Below are positions 50,314 through 62,889 of a stretch of 64,000 bases of DNA, one piece after another. The position numbers and the translations under genes were made by a program. Numbering within the stretch: the first letter of the stretch is position 1; each line of letters starts with the position of its first letter. The notes below the pieces were generated by a model, which was not told the origin of the DNA, ran no database searches, and saw only the letters and a list, made by a program, of their open reading frames with translations. Origin of the DNA: Lama guanicoe (lineage: Eukaryota); contig MU054187.1 in assembly GCA_013239625.1 (NCBI GenBank), positions 4,165,757 through 4,229,756 on the forward strand, in the 5' to 3' direction.

Positions 50314-52762
50314 AAGGTTCTTGCAACAGCATTTGAAAGTCAGATATTTCAGGCAGATTCGAGAAATAAAGGCGTACTGGTGACAAGAAGAAGATTAAAG
50401 CACCCAGGAAAGAGTTACTAAAGTAGGATTGTTACTATTTTAACTCCTTTTTCTCCTTCTACTGCTAGAGGATCTTTTTGATCTCTGATTTCATAAAACA
50501 AATTGCTCTATTTCGGTTTTCTGCATCAGGAGATAAAGAGAAAAAAAAGGCAGTATTCCAAGTTGCACTGTATGTGTTTCAGTTTAAGAAATTGAAAATA
50601 ATTCCACTAAATGGATGACTTGTATAAGGAAAAGTGTTAACAGTCCTGCTGAGAGCCTGCTTTGGGTCTGGAAATTTTTGCTCTTTGTTTCTCTGTATCC
50701 AGTTGGACTGGAGAGACTGAATTAATGACTAGAATCTAAGTAACTATTAACTGAAGTTGACAGTGCTCTGTTCACCTTCACACGGAATTCAAGGTGCCCT
50801 CGTTTGCAGACTCGGGGACTGATTCCTTAGTTGTGTATCTCTCCTCCATGACCCAGGCTTTCGGTGTCTTCACAGGCTGATTTATAAGCTGAGGGATGGA
50901 TGTGTGCAAGAAAGTAGCCCTCTGCAGTGTGCGCTTTGCTGTCGTTGACAGTCTCCTTCAGAATCGACGTGACTGAAGAGCCCTCCTGTCTTAGAGGCCG
51001 GGAGGCTGAGCTCCAGGCTTGCGGAGAGAGTGGGGAGCTGCGGGCAGGGCTCTGATCCCTCCAGATGTAAAAGGCCGGGAAAGTGGCTGAGCACCAGGCA
51101 AAGCCCGGGCTGTGCGCACGCCAGCCTGGCCCAGAGGCTTCGTGTTTTGGGGCTGCACCCACCACTTTCAGATGTGGGGTTAGGGGACAGTTAGCAGCTG
51201 GGTTTCTTCCTTCTCACCCTGTTCCCTCTTGTCTTGTCAATAGGCTGAGTGTCCCCCAGAACTTGGTGGCGGCCAGCAGAGGGGGCCTCTGGGTGCGCAG
51301 TGCAGCACACGCTGGGACCCTGCGGCAGGAAGAGGGCCACCAAGGGCAGGATGCTAGTCACAAAATATGAAGATCCTGGCCACCTCTCTTCCAGGTCTCC
51401 TCAAGGACTTTTCCTGCTGTCTTAGAGAGAGCTGCTAGCAAGTTTAAGGCCACCCAGGTCCCACAGATTCTTGGTCTTGGACCTGTGCCTGGGTCCTAGG
51501 AGAGACTAACAATGATCAGGTGGAAATCCAGTGTCATTAGAAAGTCCACACCAGACAGGCTGACGAAACTGCTCTCAGACGGCGGAGAGCTGTGCCAGGG
51601 GTCAACTCCTGGTCCTTCTCCCTGATTTAAACTAGAGAGAAATTCTACTTTAAATGTGGCCAAGAGCCACACTCACCTTATTTCTTTGATCTCCAAGAAA
51701 TAATTTCAGTTGATGTGATCATTAAATATGGGATTCTGGACTGGCGCAGGCGACTGGTGATGGGATAAATGTCTCTGCAGCAAACACTCCGTTTCTCTGT
51801 GAGTCTGGGCCTTTGTTTTGGTCCCTTGTCCCCTAAACTCTCAAACTCTTAATATATTGCTGAAATCAATTAGCTGGTCATTTATGTAAGTCTTTCTTTC
51901 ACATCGATCTTCAAAATGAGATTTCTTTTGAGCTCCTTTTGTTAAATTTTGAAATCTTATTGGAAAGCACTGTGAGATCACATGAGATGTTTTTCATCTT
52001 ATTGTAAAATATAGTGATTTGAACAGAGTGTGTGATTTTGGAGTAGATGGCTCCTAGAAGGTTTGAAAGAGCCTGTGAATAAAGTTTTTGGGATTCAAAA
52101 AACAGAACACAGCACACAAGAAAAGCAACCATTGGCCTTCCTTTTTATATATTTTGCATACCTGAATTCATTTCTTTTGAAGTATGTATAATGACTTAAA
52201 CTGCAGATAACTGAGGCCAGATGTTTGCTCTAACTTATTACTTGATTTAAACTTCAAAGTTAGTAACATGACAAATTCCTGTCATCAAAGTCTTCCGAAA
52301 AGTCTTCCCCTGTGTTGTGAAGAAGTAAAAAGATGTTGAATGTAACACTAAGATGCCACTGAGGGAAAAATCAGAATTAGGTATTTCAGGATTCTCTTTA
52401 AAATGCATGTTTAAGTATTTTCTGATTTTGTAAACAACATATGTTGATTGTGAAAAATTAAATATACATTAAAATATACAGTAAAAAATGACAAGACTTT
52501 CAAATCACCCATAATCATATCCATCCAGAGAAAATGATGATTTATGCTGTGAAACATGTCTCCTCTTTTTGCAAACACACAGTCTGTGGCCAATGTTGAT
52601 ATACTGTTACGTTGCCAGAGTTTTGCAACATCATGTATCAAAAATTTTCTTTTGGAAAATATGAAAAAGAACAAAAGAAAAATCATTTACAACATCCCAT
52701 ACTAGAAGTAATTGCTATTTACACGCTATTTTCCTGCTTTCTGGATTTCTGTGTGCGTAGTC

Positions 52763-52983
52763 CAGGGATTTCAGACTTTTTCTGCAAAGGGCCAGGGAGC
52801 AGATATGTTAGGCTTTTCAGGCAGATGGTTTCGGTCACAACAAATCAACTCTGCCATTGCAGCTGGAAAGCGGCCAGAGACAATACATAAACAAATGGGT
52901 GCGGCTGTGTGCCAATAAAACTTTATTTACCAAGAGAGTCGTGAGCCAGAATTGGCTTTTGGGTTGCACTTGGCCAATCCCTG
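52763..52983 (+). mobile_element. MER58A hAT-Charlie MITE, full length
   Basis: Perfect 8-bp TIR CAGGGATT/AATCCCTG; 8-bp TSD GCGTAGTC/GCATAGAC (6/8 match); internal CCAATAAAACTTTATTTAC. Confidence 0.93.
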
Positions 52984-53217
52984 GCATAGACACAATACAT
53001 TTGTGCAAAAATGTTGTTTAGTAACATGTTTGATACACTATTTGTAGCCAGACTTCTCCTCAGCTTTCTTGTGACTATTTCAGGTAATAATTTTATTTTA
53101 TGTATTTTATGAATATATTAATATTTCTAGAACTTCCGTGTAGATGGCTTCAACGTGCTGCTTTTTTATGCGTATACCATGATTTATATTCAAAATCCCA
53201 CATTCTTGGACTCCAAG

Positions 53218-53445
53218 GTTTTGTCTTGTTTTGTTTTGGGATTTTTTTTGTTTTTTGGTTTTTTTTAATTGAAGTAGAGTCAGTTTACAATGTTGTGTCA
53301 GTTTCTGGTGTACAGCACAATGTTTCGGTCATACGTATACATACGTATACTCCTTTCATATTCTTTTTCATTATAGGTTACTACAAGATGTTGAATATAG
53401 TTCCATGCGCTCTACGGAAGAAACCTGTTGTTTATTTTATATAGA
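53218..53445 (-). mobile_element. Short younger L1 3' end (camelid/artiodactyl type)
   Basis: T-rich tail, then TTAATTGAAGTAGAGTCAGTTTACAATGTTGTGTCAGTTTCTGGTGTACAGCA...TTATAGGTTACTACAAGATGTTGAATATAGTTCC. Confidence 0.9.
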
Positions 53446-55139
53446 GAAGTTAGATTTTACAACAACATTGTAACTGATGAAAATAATTTATACCTAATTC
53501 TGTGTACATCTTTTTCATCTTTTCATGTAGAATACATTTATGGAAATCAAATTATTGGATCAAAGAGAATAAATATTTCTTGGGCTTTTGAAACTCACTG
53601 CCACATCGCCCCGTAGCATTTGTACTGGCTTGCATCCCACCAGAAGTGCAGGAGAGTCGCTGTTCCCCTCCTGGTCACTGTCCCCTGAGTCCGACAGCGT
53701 TTAATTCTTTAGTTAGTACGTCTCTGCAAATAACATTCATTTCTCTCGTGTAGTTTTGACTGTCAAATTCCTCCTTTTGTGAATTTCCTCTTTCATTTCT
53801 TTTATCATTGTTCTTATTGGTAGTTTCATTTTTTTCCCTATTGATGAGTGAGAGCGTTTGTGATAAAGGCTGTTTATGATTCCTTTGTCATGAAGATTAT
53901 AAACTTCTTCCAGTTCACTGTTTTTCTGTTATGTTTACCTAATGAGTGTGCGTTTTGATTCAGAAAGCTTATTTTAAAGTAATCCAGGAAATAATATTCC
54001 TATCACTTTTTTTATTTATCAAAAGAACTTCTTTGTGAATTTTATCTTCAAGTTTATATGAATATTTTATTTTTAAATATTTTATTCTATTCTATCTGGA
54101 ATTTGTAATATGGAGATATAATTATATGTACTTAGTGTTTCCAATAGTCAGTTGTTTAAGAGAACTCTTTTATGTGAAGTGTCACCTTAATCATATACGC
54201 AGTTCTGTTTACTAAGGTCTATTTCTGTATGTTTTATTCTGTTGCCCTGATCTTGCTGCAGACTGGTTCATCGGCCTCCCGGAATTTCAACAAGAATAAC
54301 CTTACAATGTCTTTTAATGTACAGCAGTGCAAGTCCCCTCTTTCAAGTTTTATTTTTCTATTTTTTGAAATTTTCTCAATTTCTCTTACAGATGAATCTT
54401 AGAATCATTTTTTAAGTTCTTGTCCATTCTCATTTCTATTAGAGTCGTGTCAATTACGTAAATGGATTGGTGAGAATTAGCACCTCCCAGATGAAGTTTC
54501 CCTCCGCTCAGCATCACGACGTGCCTGTCTGCCTGCCCGGGTCCTCCTTTACATCTCTCTGTAATTTGTTGCCCTCATCGGGGTCCTGTGCATTTATTCC
54601 TAAGCATATTTTAATTCCATGTTGCTATTAAAATTCGTTTTTTCCATCATGCATTTCAAATTGTAATGGCTATATGCCCTACTTCCCCCCAGCTCGGAGC
54701 CTAAGAGAAACTCTAACCTCCTTCACGTCCACCCAGGCTCTGTGTTCTGTGACTCTCCCGTCCTCTCTTCTCCGCTCCCACTGCCACTGGCTTCATGCAA
54801 ACTCCGACCGTCTCTTGGACAGAGGATCATACATTATTTTCATACTAGTCTCCTTGACTCCAAAGCAGTTTCACACCAACCCCACTTTGATGATGAGTGA
54901 TTTTTCTAAAATTCAAATACTGTCATATTTTTCTTCAAGCACTCGAACACCTGCCCACTGACTGCTTCCAAATTTTTAAGCATAGATGGCCCCAGAGTCT
55001 CCTTTTATCTCCTACCCCATTCTAACTTGCCACTAAGCTCCAGCCCTCCAGACGGCTCGCACTTCAGTGGCACTGACGCAGTGAGAACCCCACACTTGGC
55101 CTGCGTTGTTTCCTGTGTCAGGGTGTCATCCGGGTCCCT

Positions 55140-55660
55140 GCTGTTATTAGAGCCAGCATCGCGGTCTTCAGTGTAACTGATGGGAGCTGGAGCAAACGTC
55201 TTCTGCATTCTAATGACATCACAGTGAGGGTCTGTGGTCCTCCTGGCAGCTCGTGTCCAAGTGGTGATTCAGAAACTCAGTTTCCTCCCACTCTGTGATG
55301 TTGCCATAACCCCCACCGGCGCGTTTTCCTATCCCGTGTACGTCTACCGGCGGGCGTCTGCTGGGTCAGACGGCCCACCCCGCGGGGCCCCGTGTAGTGC
55401 AGCCTGGGCTTATCGCAGAGTGCGTCGCTGTCCTGGAAAGCTGGTTTCCCCACGGCTCGATGCCTGGTCCAGAGAAACATCCCGAGGTGTAGTGTACACG
55501 CCAGAGGGACCTGTCAGGAGCTTCCTTTTTCTGATTTTGGAAATGAGATGTACTATTTTTTCTTTTACTCGAGAGGGGCTGCTCTGGCAAACATGGGACA
55601 CTAAATCTCTAACACATGATGCTGTGGGAGGCCCAGGCTGCTGTAGGCTTTATCTCTCAT
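55140..55660 (-). mobile_element. MaLR LTR (MLT1-like), degenerate
   Basis: TCCAAGTGGTGATTCAGAAACTCAGTTTCCTCCCACTCTGTGATGTTGCCAT resembles reverse MLT1I/J. Confidence 0.45.
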
Positions 55661-57334
55661 GTGTGTTTTATCAAGGCTTCCAATGAATCTGCTGGTTTCT
55701 ACTCCTCTGGCCCAGTGAGCCTCAAGTCACTGACATAATGGGCAAGTATGACATTCTTTAGGATGTCCAGGTGGTCCCAAACCCCGGCCTATAGTAGAAC
55801 AGAGGCTGGGAATGGTAAACATAGCTCTGGGCCACCGTATATATTTTTTCTTTATTAATGGAGAATTTTAAGCCCAAAATTCAAGATGCTGTTGACTCTC
55901 AGATGGGAGAAGATAAAATTGGGAGACTACACACGTGGCTCCAGCTGTGTTGGGCTCTATTCCTCTAGCTCAGTTCTTAGAATACGGAGTGTGTGGCATT
56001 ATTCTTTGTACATTTAAGTAAATAGGAAATGTTTTGTAAGAAAATCTTTAAATATTAAAAAGATTTAATTTTAGAGGGAGGTGTGAGGTAAGAAATAGAG
56101 GGAGAGCTAAATGTTTAGAGATGTCTGGGCTGAGGGAAGGAAGGCTCTTTATGATGGAAGAAACATGACCACATTATAGGGTACGAGCGAAAAAGTCAAG
56201 GGAGGACAGAGAATATAAGAGATGCTGAAGATACGGGGTCAAAGGTTCGGAGGAGCAGAAGGTCACATCTGGATCAAAGGAGATAAGGACAGACACAAAC
56301 AGATTGAGGACAAGAGGTGGAGAGATGAGGGCTCACGGCAGACAGCTTCAAGCTTCTCTGCGAGGTGGGCAAGGCTGTCTTCTAAGAGGGCTGAGCAGGG
56401 GACTGTGGAGAGCATGAAGGTCAAGGGGAATGGTTTGTGGGGACATAAGGAAGCTCGTGGAAGGAGTGCTGAGCTCAGCCTAGAGCCTGGCTGAGGTCCT
56501 GAGCGTTCCTCCAGCACCGCTCAGAAGCCCGTGGGAGAACAGGGCAGACAGGCAATGACAGGTCCGAGACTGGGAGGGTTCAGGGAATGTGTGGGGGGAG
56601 AAAGGAACGGGTCTGTTGAGAGTCCTAGGAGCACAGCGTTTTGAAGACAGGCTGGATAGCAGAGGAAGCAAAATCAGGAAGATGGAATGTGTTGAGATAA
56701 TAAAGGAAAGAAACAGGTAAAACGAGGCCAGGGTGGAGGGAAAGGCGTGAGCAGTAACAAGCAGACACCAAGCCTGGCGCACGCCAGCCATCGGGTGGCG
56801 CCATCAGCCCAGCGAGGCCGGCAAGCATCCTGCCGGCTGGCAGGCGCTGTGAGGGCAGGGTCCCTGCTGCCGTGTCCCCAGTGCCTCGCCCAGCAGCTGC
56901 TGCTGTGGACAAAGACAGCCGGAGACCTAGACAAGCACGGAGGGCCCTATTCAGAGACTGGTATACTGCGATGTGAAGTTACAGAGAGGGAGCAACGCAT
57001 GGAAATGAGACGCGGGCAGCGATTGCCATGCGGGATGCCTGCCCCCTGGGTGGGAGAGCAGTGCCTTGGGAACTGCAGATGTGAAGGCACTTGGGAGCGC
57101 TCTCCTGGACATTGAACTGTTTGTCTGAGAAATCAAGAAGCATTTAACTACGAAGGGTACGGAACACACAGCAAGTCCTCTCCCAGCCTGCCCTGGCCTA
57201 GTGCTCTCACTAAGCGGTCTGCAGAGGGAGAGCCCGGAGTGCGATGGGGAAGGCCTTCTAGTAGCCTCTACGCAGTGCTAAGGAGCTAATAAAATAGTAT
57301 ATAAAAAGCCTGATTTTAAAACTGTCTGTTTCAT

Positions 57335-57560
57335 TATTTCAACATGCGATAACTGCTGTGTGTTATGATGTTAGAAGGGAAAGCGGGACGTGGCACTGGA
57401 TGTCACTATGTCAACAGATAACGTAAAGGGGCGTTTCTCAGGATGGCTGAAAGAAAACAGCAGTAACTGTGGTGGATGATAGTACTGCGGGTAGTTTTAA
57501 AATTCTTAATTTTAAATTTTCTGTAATATTATTAAGACAAATGTACTTTTACAATAGATA
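57335..57560 (+). mobile_element. L1ME4-like 3' end
   Basis: GTGGATGATAGTACTGCGGGTAGTTTTAAAATTCTT...AAATTTTCTGTAAT...ATGTACTTTTACAAT. Confidence 0.55.
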
Positions 57561-59283
57561 CTGCTAAATAGGAAAAAAAAAATGCTTTCCCTTGAAGATA
57601 CAAACCCGTTCTATCGGAGCACAAGAGAGAACTGATTGTTGCCGTTTAATCTGGGTAGCTGTGGTGAGCAAACCCAGATCAACTGCGGAACTTTTCAAGC
57701 TGCTTAAACCCCTCCAGAGACTGAATTCACTCTCCTGGAGGCACTTCTATGGTCCCTTGTGAGAATCCTGGCCCGATGAGCCACCCTCCCTGATGGGAAG
57801 AACAGCCATTGGGCAGGAGAGCGGGTCGGCTGCCAGACTTGGAGTCAGGAAGGCTCCATGAAAGAGAGAATTTCATCCATGCCTTGAAAACAACAGCAGC
57901 ATGTCAGTGGCTGTTAGATGTCCAAGCAGGAGAGCAGCATCTAGCCAAGTCACAGACACGAACTCCCACGAGGGCAGAGGCAGCAAGGTCCCCAGCTGGC
58001 TTGGGGATCTCAGTGAGGTGCGGGCAGACTGTGAGGCAGGTGCGGCAGGTGGGCCCAGATCAAAGAAACTGCCCTGGAGGTCGGGGAGGGGGCAGTGGGG
58101 ACTCACATTTGTTAATTCCGTTTTCTAGAAAGGCCGCCCCACTCCCCAGGACCCTGCAGGGGCTTCTGTCCTGGTTACTTCATCTAGCGGAAAGGCAGCC
58201 TTCCTGGTAACTCACTTCCCTTGATTTGTGTTCCCCTTCTAGGTAACTTCCGGAATCCTGAGTCAGGCACAAGAGCTGCAGAGTATTTACTTCCCATGGG
58301 TACTTGTGCAGATGGATCTCAATCTCCCTGAAAAGCAGAGCAGGTAAGAACTGACGTAAGAGACCCAGACATTAAAGGGTACAGCGGGGAGAGGTAGGCG
58401 CATCACAGACCGAACTGCACGCTTCAGCAAAGAACAGACACAGCAACAGGCGTTTAAAATGTAAAGTTATTCTTGATTTCCTGATAAAAAAATATTCTTG
58501 ATAAAAAAAAATCCCTGCTTTGATTCTAGAGAAAATAATCTGATAAATTTAGAGATGGGCAAGTCGGGGGTGACTAGGACCAGAATGGCGGGGAGGAGCA
58601 AGCAAAGACGAGGGGATCCCGTGGTCTCTCTCACAAGTGACCCTCGGGATTAAACTGGTCATCTGAAAGGCACCAGAAGGTTGGAGTTTTAGGAAAAGTA
58701 AACTGAGGCCAAAAAAAGGAAGGGAAAAAGATGCTTACTTACAGTGATTATGTGATTTGGTTATGACTACACTTTTCTTTTTAATTTTCTTCTGGATGAA
58801 GCTCTTTATTTTTAGAATAATATCTGCAGATTGTCAAACTCATAAGCATGACAGACTGTTGCTGTGTTTCTAACATAGTGGTAGATAAGTTAGAAAAATA
58901 TATCCTGACTTAAGAAGGAAATGTTGTCATCATCACCAGGGTCCCCTGGCTGTTTCTAATGATAAACGTGCAACACCAGTTTATTCTGAACGCTTATGCT
59001 CGTATGAAGTTTGTCTCCTGGAACCAGGTCCGTCCAGACAGGTGGTCTCATTCTCACCTTGTTGATGGGATGCAATCCCTTCATCAGCGTTACCAGCCAC
59101 TGAAAGTGTGACATTTCTCTTTTCACACCTTCACCTCGGTCTTGCGCGCTTGGAGAACTTTAATAAAGGCAGCCAGTGGGCATGGCCTTTCATGGAAACC
59201 AGTCATCACTCGCCTGAGGTCTTCTTTTCCCCCTTTCTCTTCCCTTCCTCCCCCGTTTCCTATCCTCACCCTCAGCTCCATGC

Positions 59284-59540
59284 CATCCACCTTTATTGAA
59301 CATACATGTGTCAAGCACTTGGCCCCTGCCCTCCGTGGCCTTGCAGTGCAGGCAGAGATTAACTGGTGAACACAACACTGCAGTCAAATGTAATTGAGTG
59401 CTACAGTAACAGGGTGTTAACAACGAGTTATGTGAGCAGTTACGTTTCCTGTGAGGAGTGAGGTGAATATTCTGGAGGAGCTTCAGAGAGATGACGTCTG
59501 AACTCCCTGAAGTGGGAGGGGGAGATGGACAGGCACTGGG
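59284..59540 (-). mobile_element. LINE2 3' fragment
   Basis: CATCCACCTTTATTGAACATACATGTGTCAAGCAC...GCCCTCCGTGGCCTTGCAGT...GAGCTTCAGAGAGATGAC. Confidence 0.6.
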
Positions 59541-60371
59541 GCTGGGAAGGAGTTCTGGAACCCTCTTCGGGCTTGTTGACAAATACTCGTGACCCTTTCC
59601 ACCCACAGGCCACAGAGCCCGAGGTTTTACTTTCTGCACCAAGCATCTTCCACGTTCTTTCCTCAACAATGTGTTTTTCTTCTTTCCTGTTTTGGCAAAG
59701 AATAAATTCAAACTTAAGACTGCCATTCTAGAATACCATTGAAAACTAGCCACCAAGTTTACCTAATAAACTTTTCCTTATTCATATCGATTGTGTCTAC
59801 ATTAAAAATAAAAAAAAAAAGCCCAGAGAGCAACTACTCTTTACAATGGAAGTGATGCCAGTTTTGTATTTCCCTCCAACCAAGATCTCCAGAGAAATTC
59901 GCTCAGGTATGCCAAGACGTCTGGAGAAATGCACCAGCGTGAGACACTTTTAGACCACTGTCCTCGGAAAACTGCAGACAGTTCCTACCACTAAATGACA
60001 CAGCAAAATCTGAAAATGTGCTGCCCATTTTGGAACTACACAATCTCCTTCAAAACTAAAATGCTCCAGAAGCCTGTTTTCATTAAAAGGATAAAACTTA
60101 GCCATGAAGGGACTTCCTGGAAGCCACGAGAACACTTCGCTTACTGTTTTACAAACGTCTACCCTTGGAGATAATTTCTAAGAGCAATTTCTCAGTGGAT
60201 TTCATCAAATGAAACTACAAATGCTTCGACAACACAGAGCTCTGGTTTACCAAAGAGGTGAACTGATGTAATTACCAGCCTGCCTGTTCTTTGACATTAG
60301 CTGTTATTATAAAGGAGTTAGTGTCTTACATAATATTGGAACTTGATTGAGGCTTTTTCAGTGGCAGTCTC

Positions 60372-60550
60372 TAGCTAAGCGCTTTACATACTTTATTTTG
60401 CTTAATCCTAACAGCAATTTATGAAGGCACAATATTGTTTTATAGATAAGGAAACTGGGATTAAAATAAATAACTTGCCCAGGGTCAAAACTGAGAACTG
60501 AGGAAACTGGGTTTCAAGCTCAGGTGGGTATGACTTCAAAGCCTCCAGCA
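60372..60550 (-). mobile_element. MIR SINE
   Basis: GCGCTTTACATAC...TTAATCCTAACAGCAA...TTTTATAGATAAGGAAACTGGG...AAATAACTTGCCCAGGGTCA. Confidence 0.85.
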
Positions 60551-61504
60551 CCGAGATAGACCTTGCCTTCTCCCAGCTCGGCAGAAGGTCCAAGAGCAGC
60601 CTCTTACGATTTGTGAAAGAAATAACAAAAGGGCAAATTCAGAACTGGAGGGTATCTAAGATTTAGCATGGAGACATGTGAAATCTAGCCATCCTTATTC
60701 CTGGACTACATCCCACTTTTGAATAATCTGTCATTTGTTTGTTGCAATTAACCTTGAGTTACAGCCTGCCATGCTATTTCCTAAAATAAACTGCCGCAAG
60801 GTTGAGAATGTTTGCACTGGAATTATATATTGTCATCTTCAAACACAGGTTGGAAAATGAAACTGCATTTTGTAATTCACACTGTCATCAGTGAGCACAC
60901 AGCATCCTGCTGGTCACGTTTGGGGGACGAGGTGTGTGTCCCCAGTACGCCATAGGTACTTGGTTACTTAGAAAGTCATACTGATAATAACCATAATATT
61001 GCTGTCTTTATTAGACATTCTCATGACTGTTAAGCTGTTTCTGCTTGAACACAAATACAGATCTTCTTTGGCTGTTACATGTGAAATCATTCCAAGTTAG
61101 GGTTAATGAAGTGGCATGAGGGAGCAGAGGGGAGAAGTGAGTTGATTTAATTGTTTCTGTTTTATGGAGAGGCTGTTACTCCTGTGTTTTAAAAGGTGAG
61201 TAGCATTCAGTGAAATTTCAACTGAAGATAAAATTCAATCTCTTTTGGTACATATTGTGGACCTTTCTAATGTAATGAGCGGGGAACATTTTCTTCCAAC
61301 TAATGGGTTTAAGATAGAGTCAAACAAAATAATTTATATGATGCTCAAAATTAATTCAAGTAATATTAAGACTTCAGAAACAAGAAGGACCTAGGTTAAA
61401 TTGAAATGCCAACTTGTAGCCCAGAGCATGCATAGACAGCTTGAGAATGTGTAGTCTCTTCTTAAACCAGGAGAGTCAGCGTTCGCGCATATGGATTGTA
61501 CGCA

Positions 61505-61655
61505 GCTGGGCTTGGAGGTAAATGCTTCCCTCGGCTGTAAGCATGTGACTGGCTCCCTGTGGCAGGGCACTTCCTCATTCTCAGCCTCTGCTTTCTCATT
61601 TGTGAAATGGAGGAATTAGACCAGACAAGAATTAATCCTAAGGGTTCATCTAGAT
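61505..61655 (+). mobile_element. MIR-family SINE fragment
   Basis: CTCAGCCTCTGCTTTCTCATTTGTGAAATGGAGGAATTAGACCAGA (MIR3-like). Confidence 0.6.
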
Positions 61656-62269
61656 TTAATATTTAATTCTTAATTCAGTTTAGCTTCCCCTGGCTTCCCA
61701 GAATGGTCTACTAGAAACCCAATGTACATTTATTATGAATTCAGATATAAACTCATTTTCATATGAACTCGAACCAAGCAAAGTATATTAGGAAAGCAAA
61801 TATTGTAACTGTTAAATTATATTTAATGCGCTGAAGAGTTTTTGGATAATGGGCATCACAATTTCCTTTTAATTATGTGGATAATAAAAAATTAGCTCTG
61901 GCCTAAATACTTAGGCCACATTAATTTTTTAAATAATGCTATTTCCTACTTAGGGGGAAGTTTTTTTCTCTTTACTACTAGTGTTGTTTCTGAATTGAAA
62001 GGATAAAATATCAAGGTTCCACCTCATCTTGCTTCACAGAGGACTTGGGGTGACCTACGTAATCACTGACATAGGAGATTCATGGAAATGTGCTCTGGGT
62101 GTGGTCTCTTCCATCCTCTGTATTCAGGACGAAACGTGCACAACTGGATACCAGCATATCCAAAGTGCTGAATTTTTGTTTTCCAGAAACAGGGCTGGGG
62201 ATTGATCCCTTACTGAGCTCTTTATTTCCTAAAATTACATGGCCAGGAGTCATCAGATCTGTTAGTCGC

Positions 62270-62415
62270 CAGTGTCGCTGCACATTAGAGTCACTTGAAG
62301 AGCTTGTTGAACACTCTAGGCTCAAGGACCCCTCCTGAAGTCTACTATCTCAGCGTTTCTGAGAATCTGCATTTTCAAGAACAACTTAGTGAATTTTATA
62401 AAATAAACCACTTGA
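62270..62415. mobile_element. MER5-family MITE fragment
   Basis: GCTGCACATTAGAGTCACTTGAAGAGCTTGTT...GAATCTGCATTTTCAA. Confidence 0.6.
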
Positions 62416-62524
62416 ATGAAGCCTGGCATTTGGAAATCTCTGAAAAGAACACATGCATCAGGTGTTTTAAAATAAGCCACACTATCTTAATCCAAAGGTT
62501 AATGACTATTGCAACTTATTTTTT

Positions 62525-62889
62525 CTTTTACTCAACAAACATTCACTGTTAGTTATGTGCTAAGCACTCTTCTAAATATGGACTTTATTTGGACATTAGT
62601 TAACAAGGCAAATATCATTTCTGTCCCTTTACAGAGGGACATAGATGTAATATAATACATAAATAAGACAATTAAAATAATTGCTAGCTATTATGAAAGA
62701 TACATTATGAAGGAAATAAAAGGCATGGGGAAATGCTCTGGGTAAGGTTATTGGGAAAGGCTTAGCTTAAGGAAAAATATTTAACTAAATGGCATGAGGG
62801 AGTCAACACACAAGTGTTTACACAGTGCAAGTAGCATGTGCAAAAGTCCTGTGGTGGACCAAGGTTTGAGCATTTGAAGAATCCAAGCC
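62525..62889 (-). mobile_element. LINE2 3' portion, interrupted at right by L1
   Basis: TTACTCAACAAACATT...TATGTGCTAAGCACT...AGCATGTGCAAAAGTCCTGTGGTGG...TTTGAAGAA. Confidence 0.8.

Larger units (their letters stand above)
52430..54670 (-). mobile_element. Ancient L1ME-type element(s), fragmented, hosting nested MER58A and a younger L1
   Basis: AAATCACCCATAATC...CCAGAGA 3' motif, TGGATCAAAGAGAATAAATATTT...ACTGCCACAT...TCCCACCAG, and T-rich reverse ORF2 remnants. Confidence 0.65.

Noticed and set aside
51273..51286. CTCF-like CCAGCAGAGGGGGC
   Set aside because: It lacks the highly conserved C of the GGC core.
764..58265. Recurrent AP-1 TGA(C/G)TCA sites across the window
   Set aside because: They are scattered and only modestly above the roughly eight expected by chance in 64 kb.
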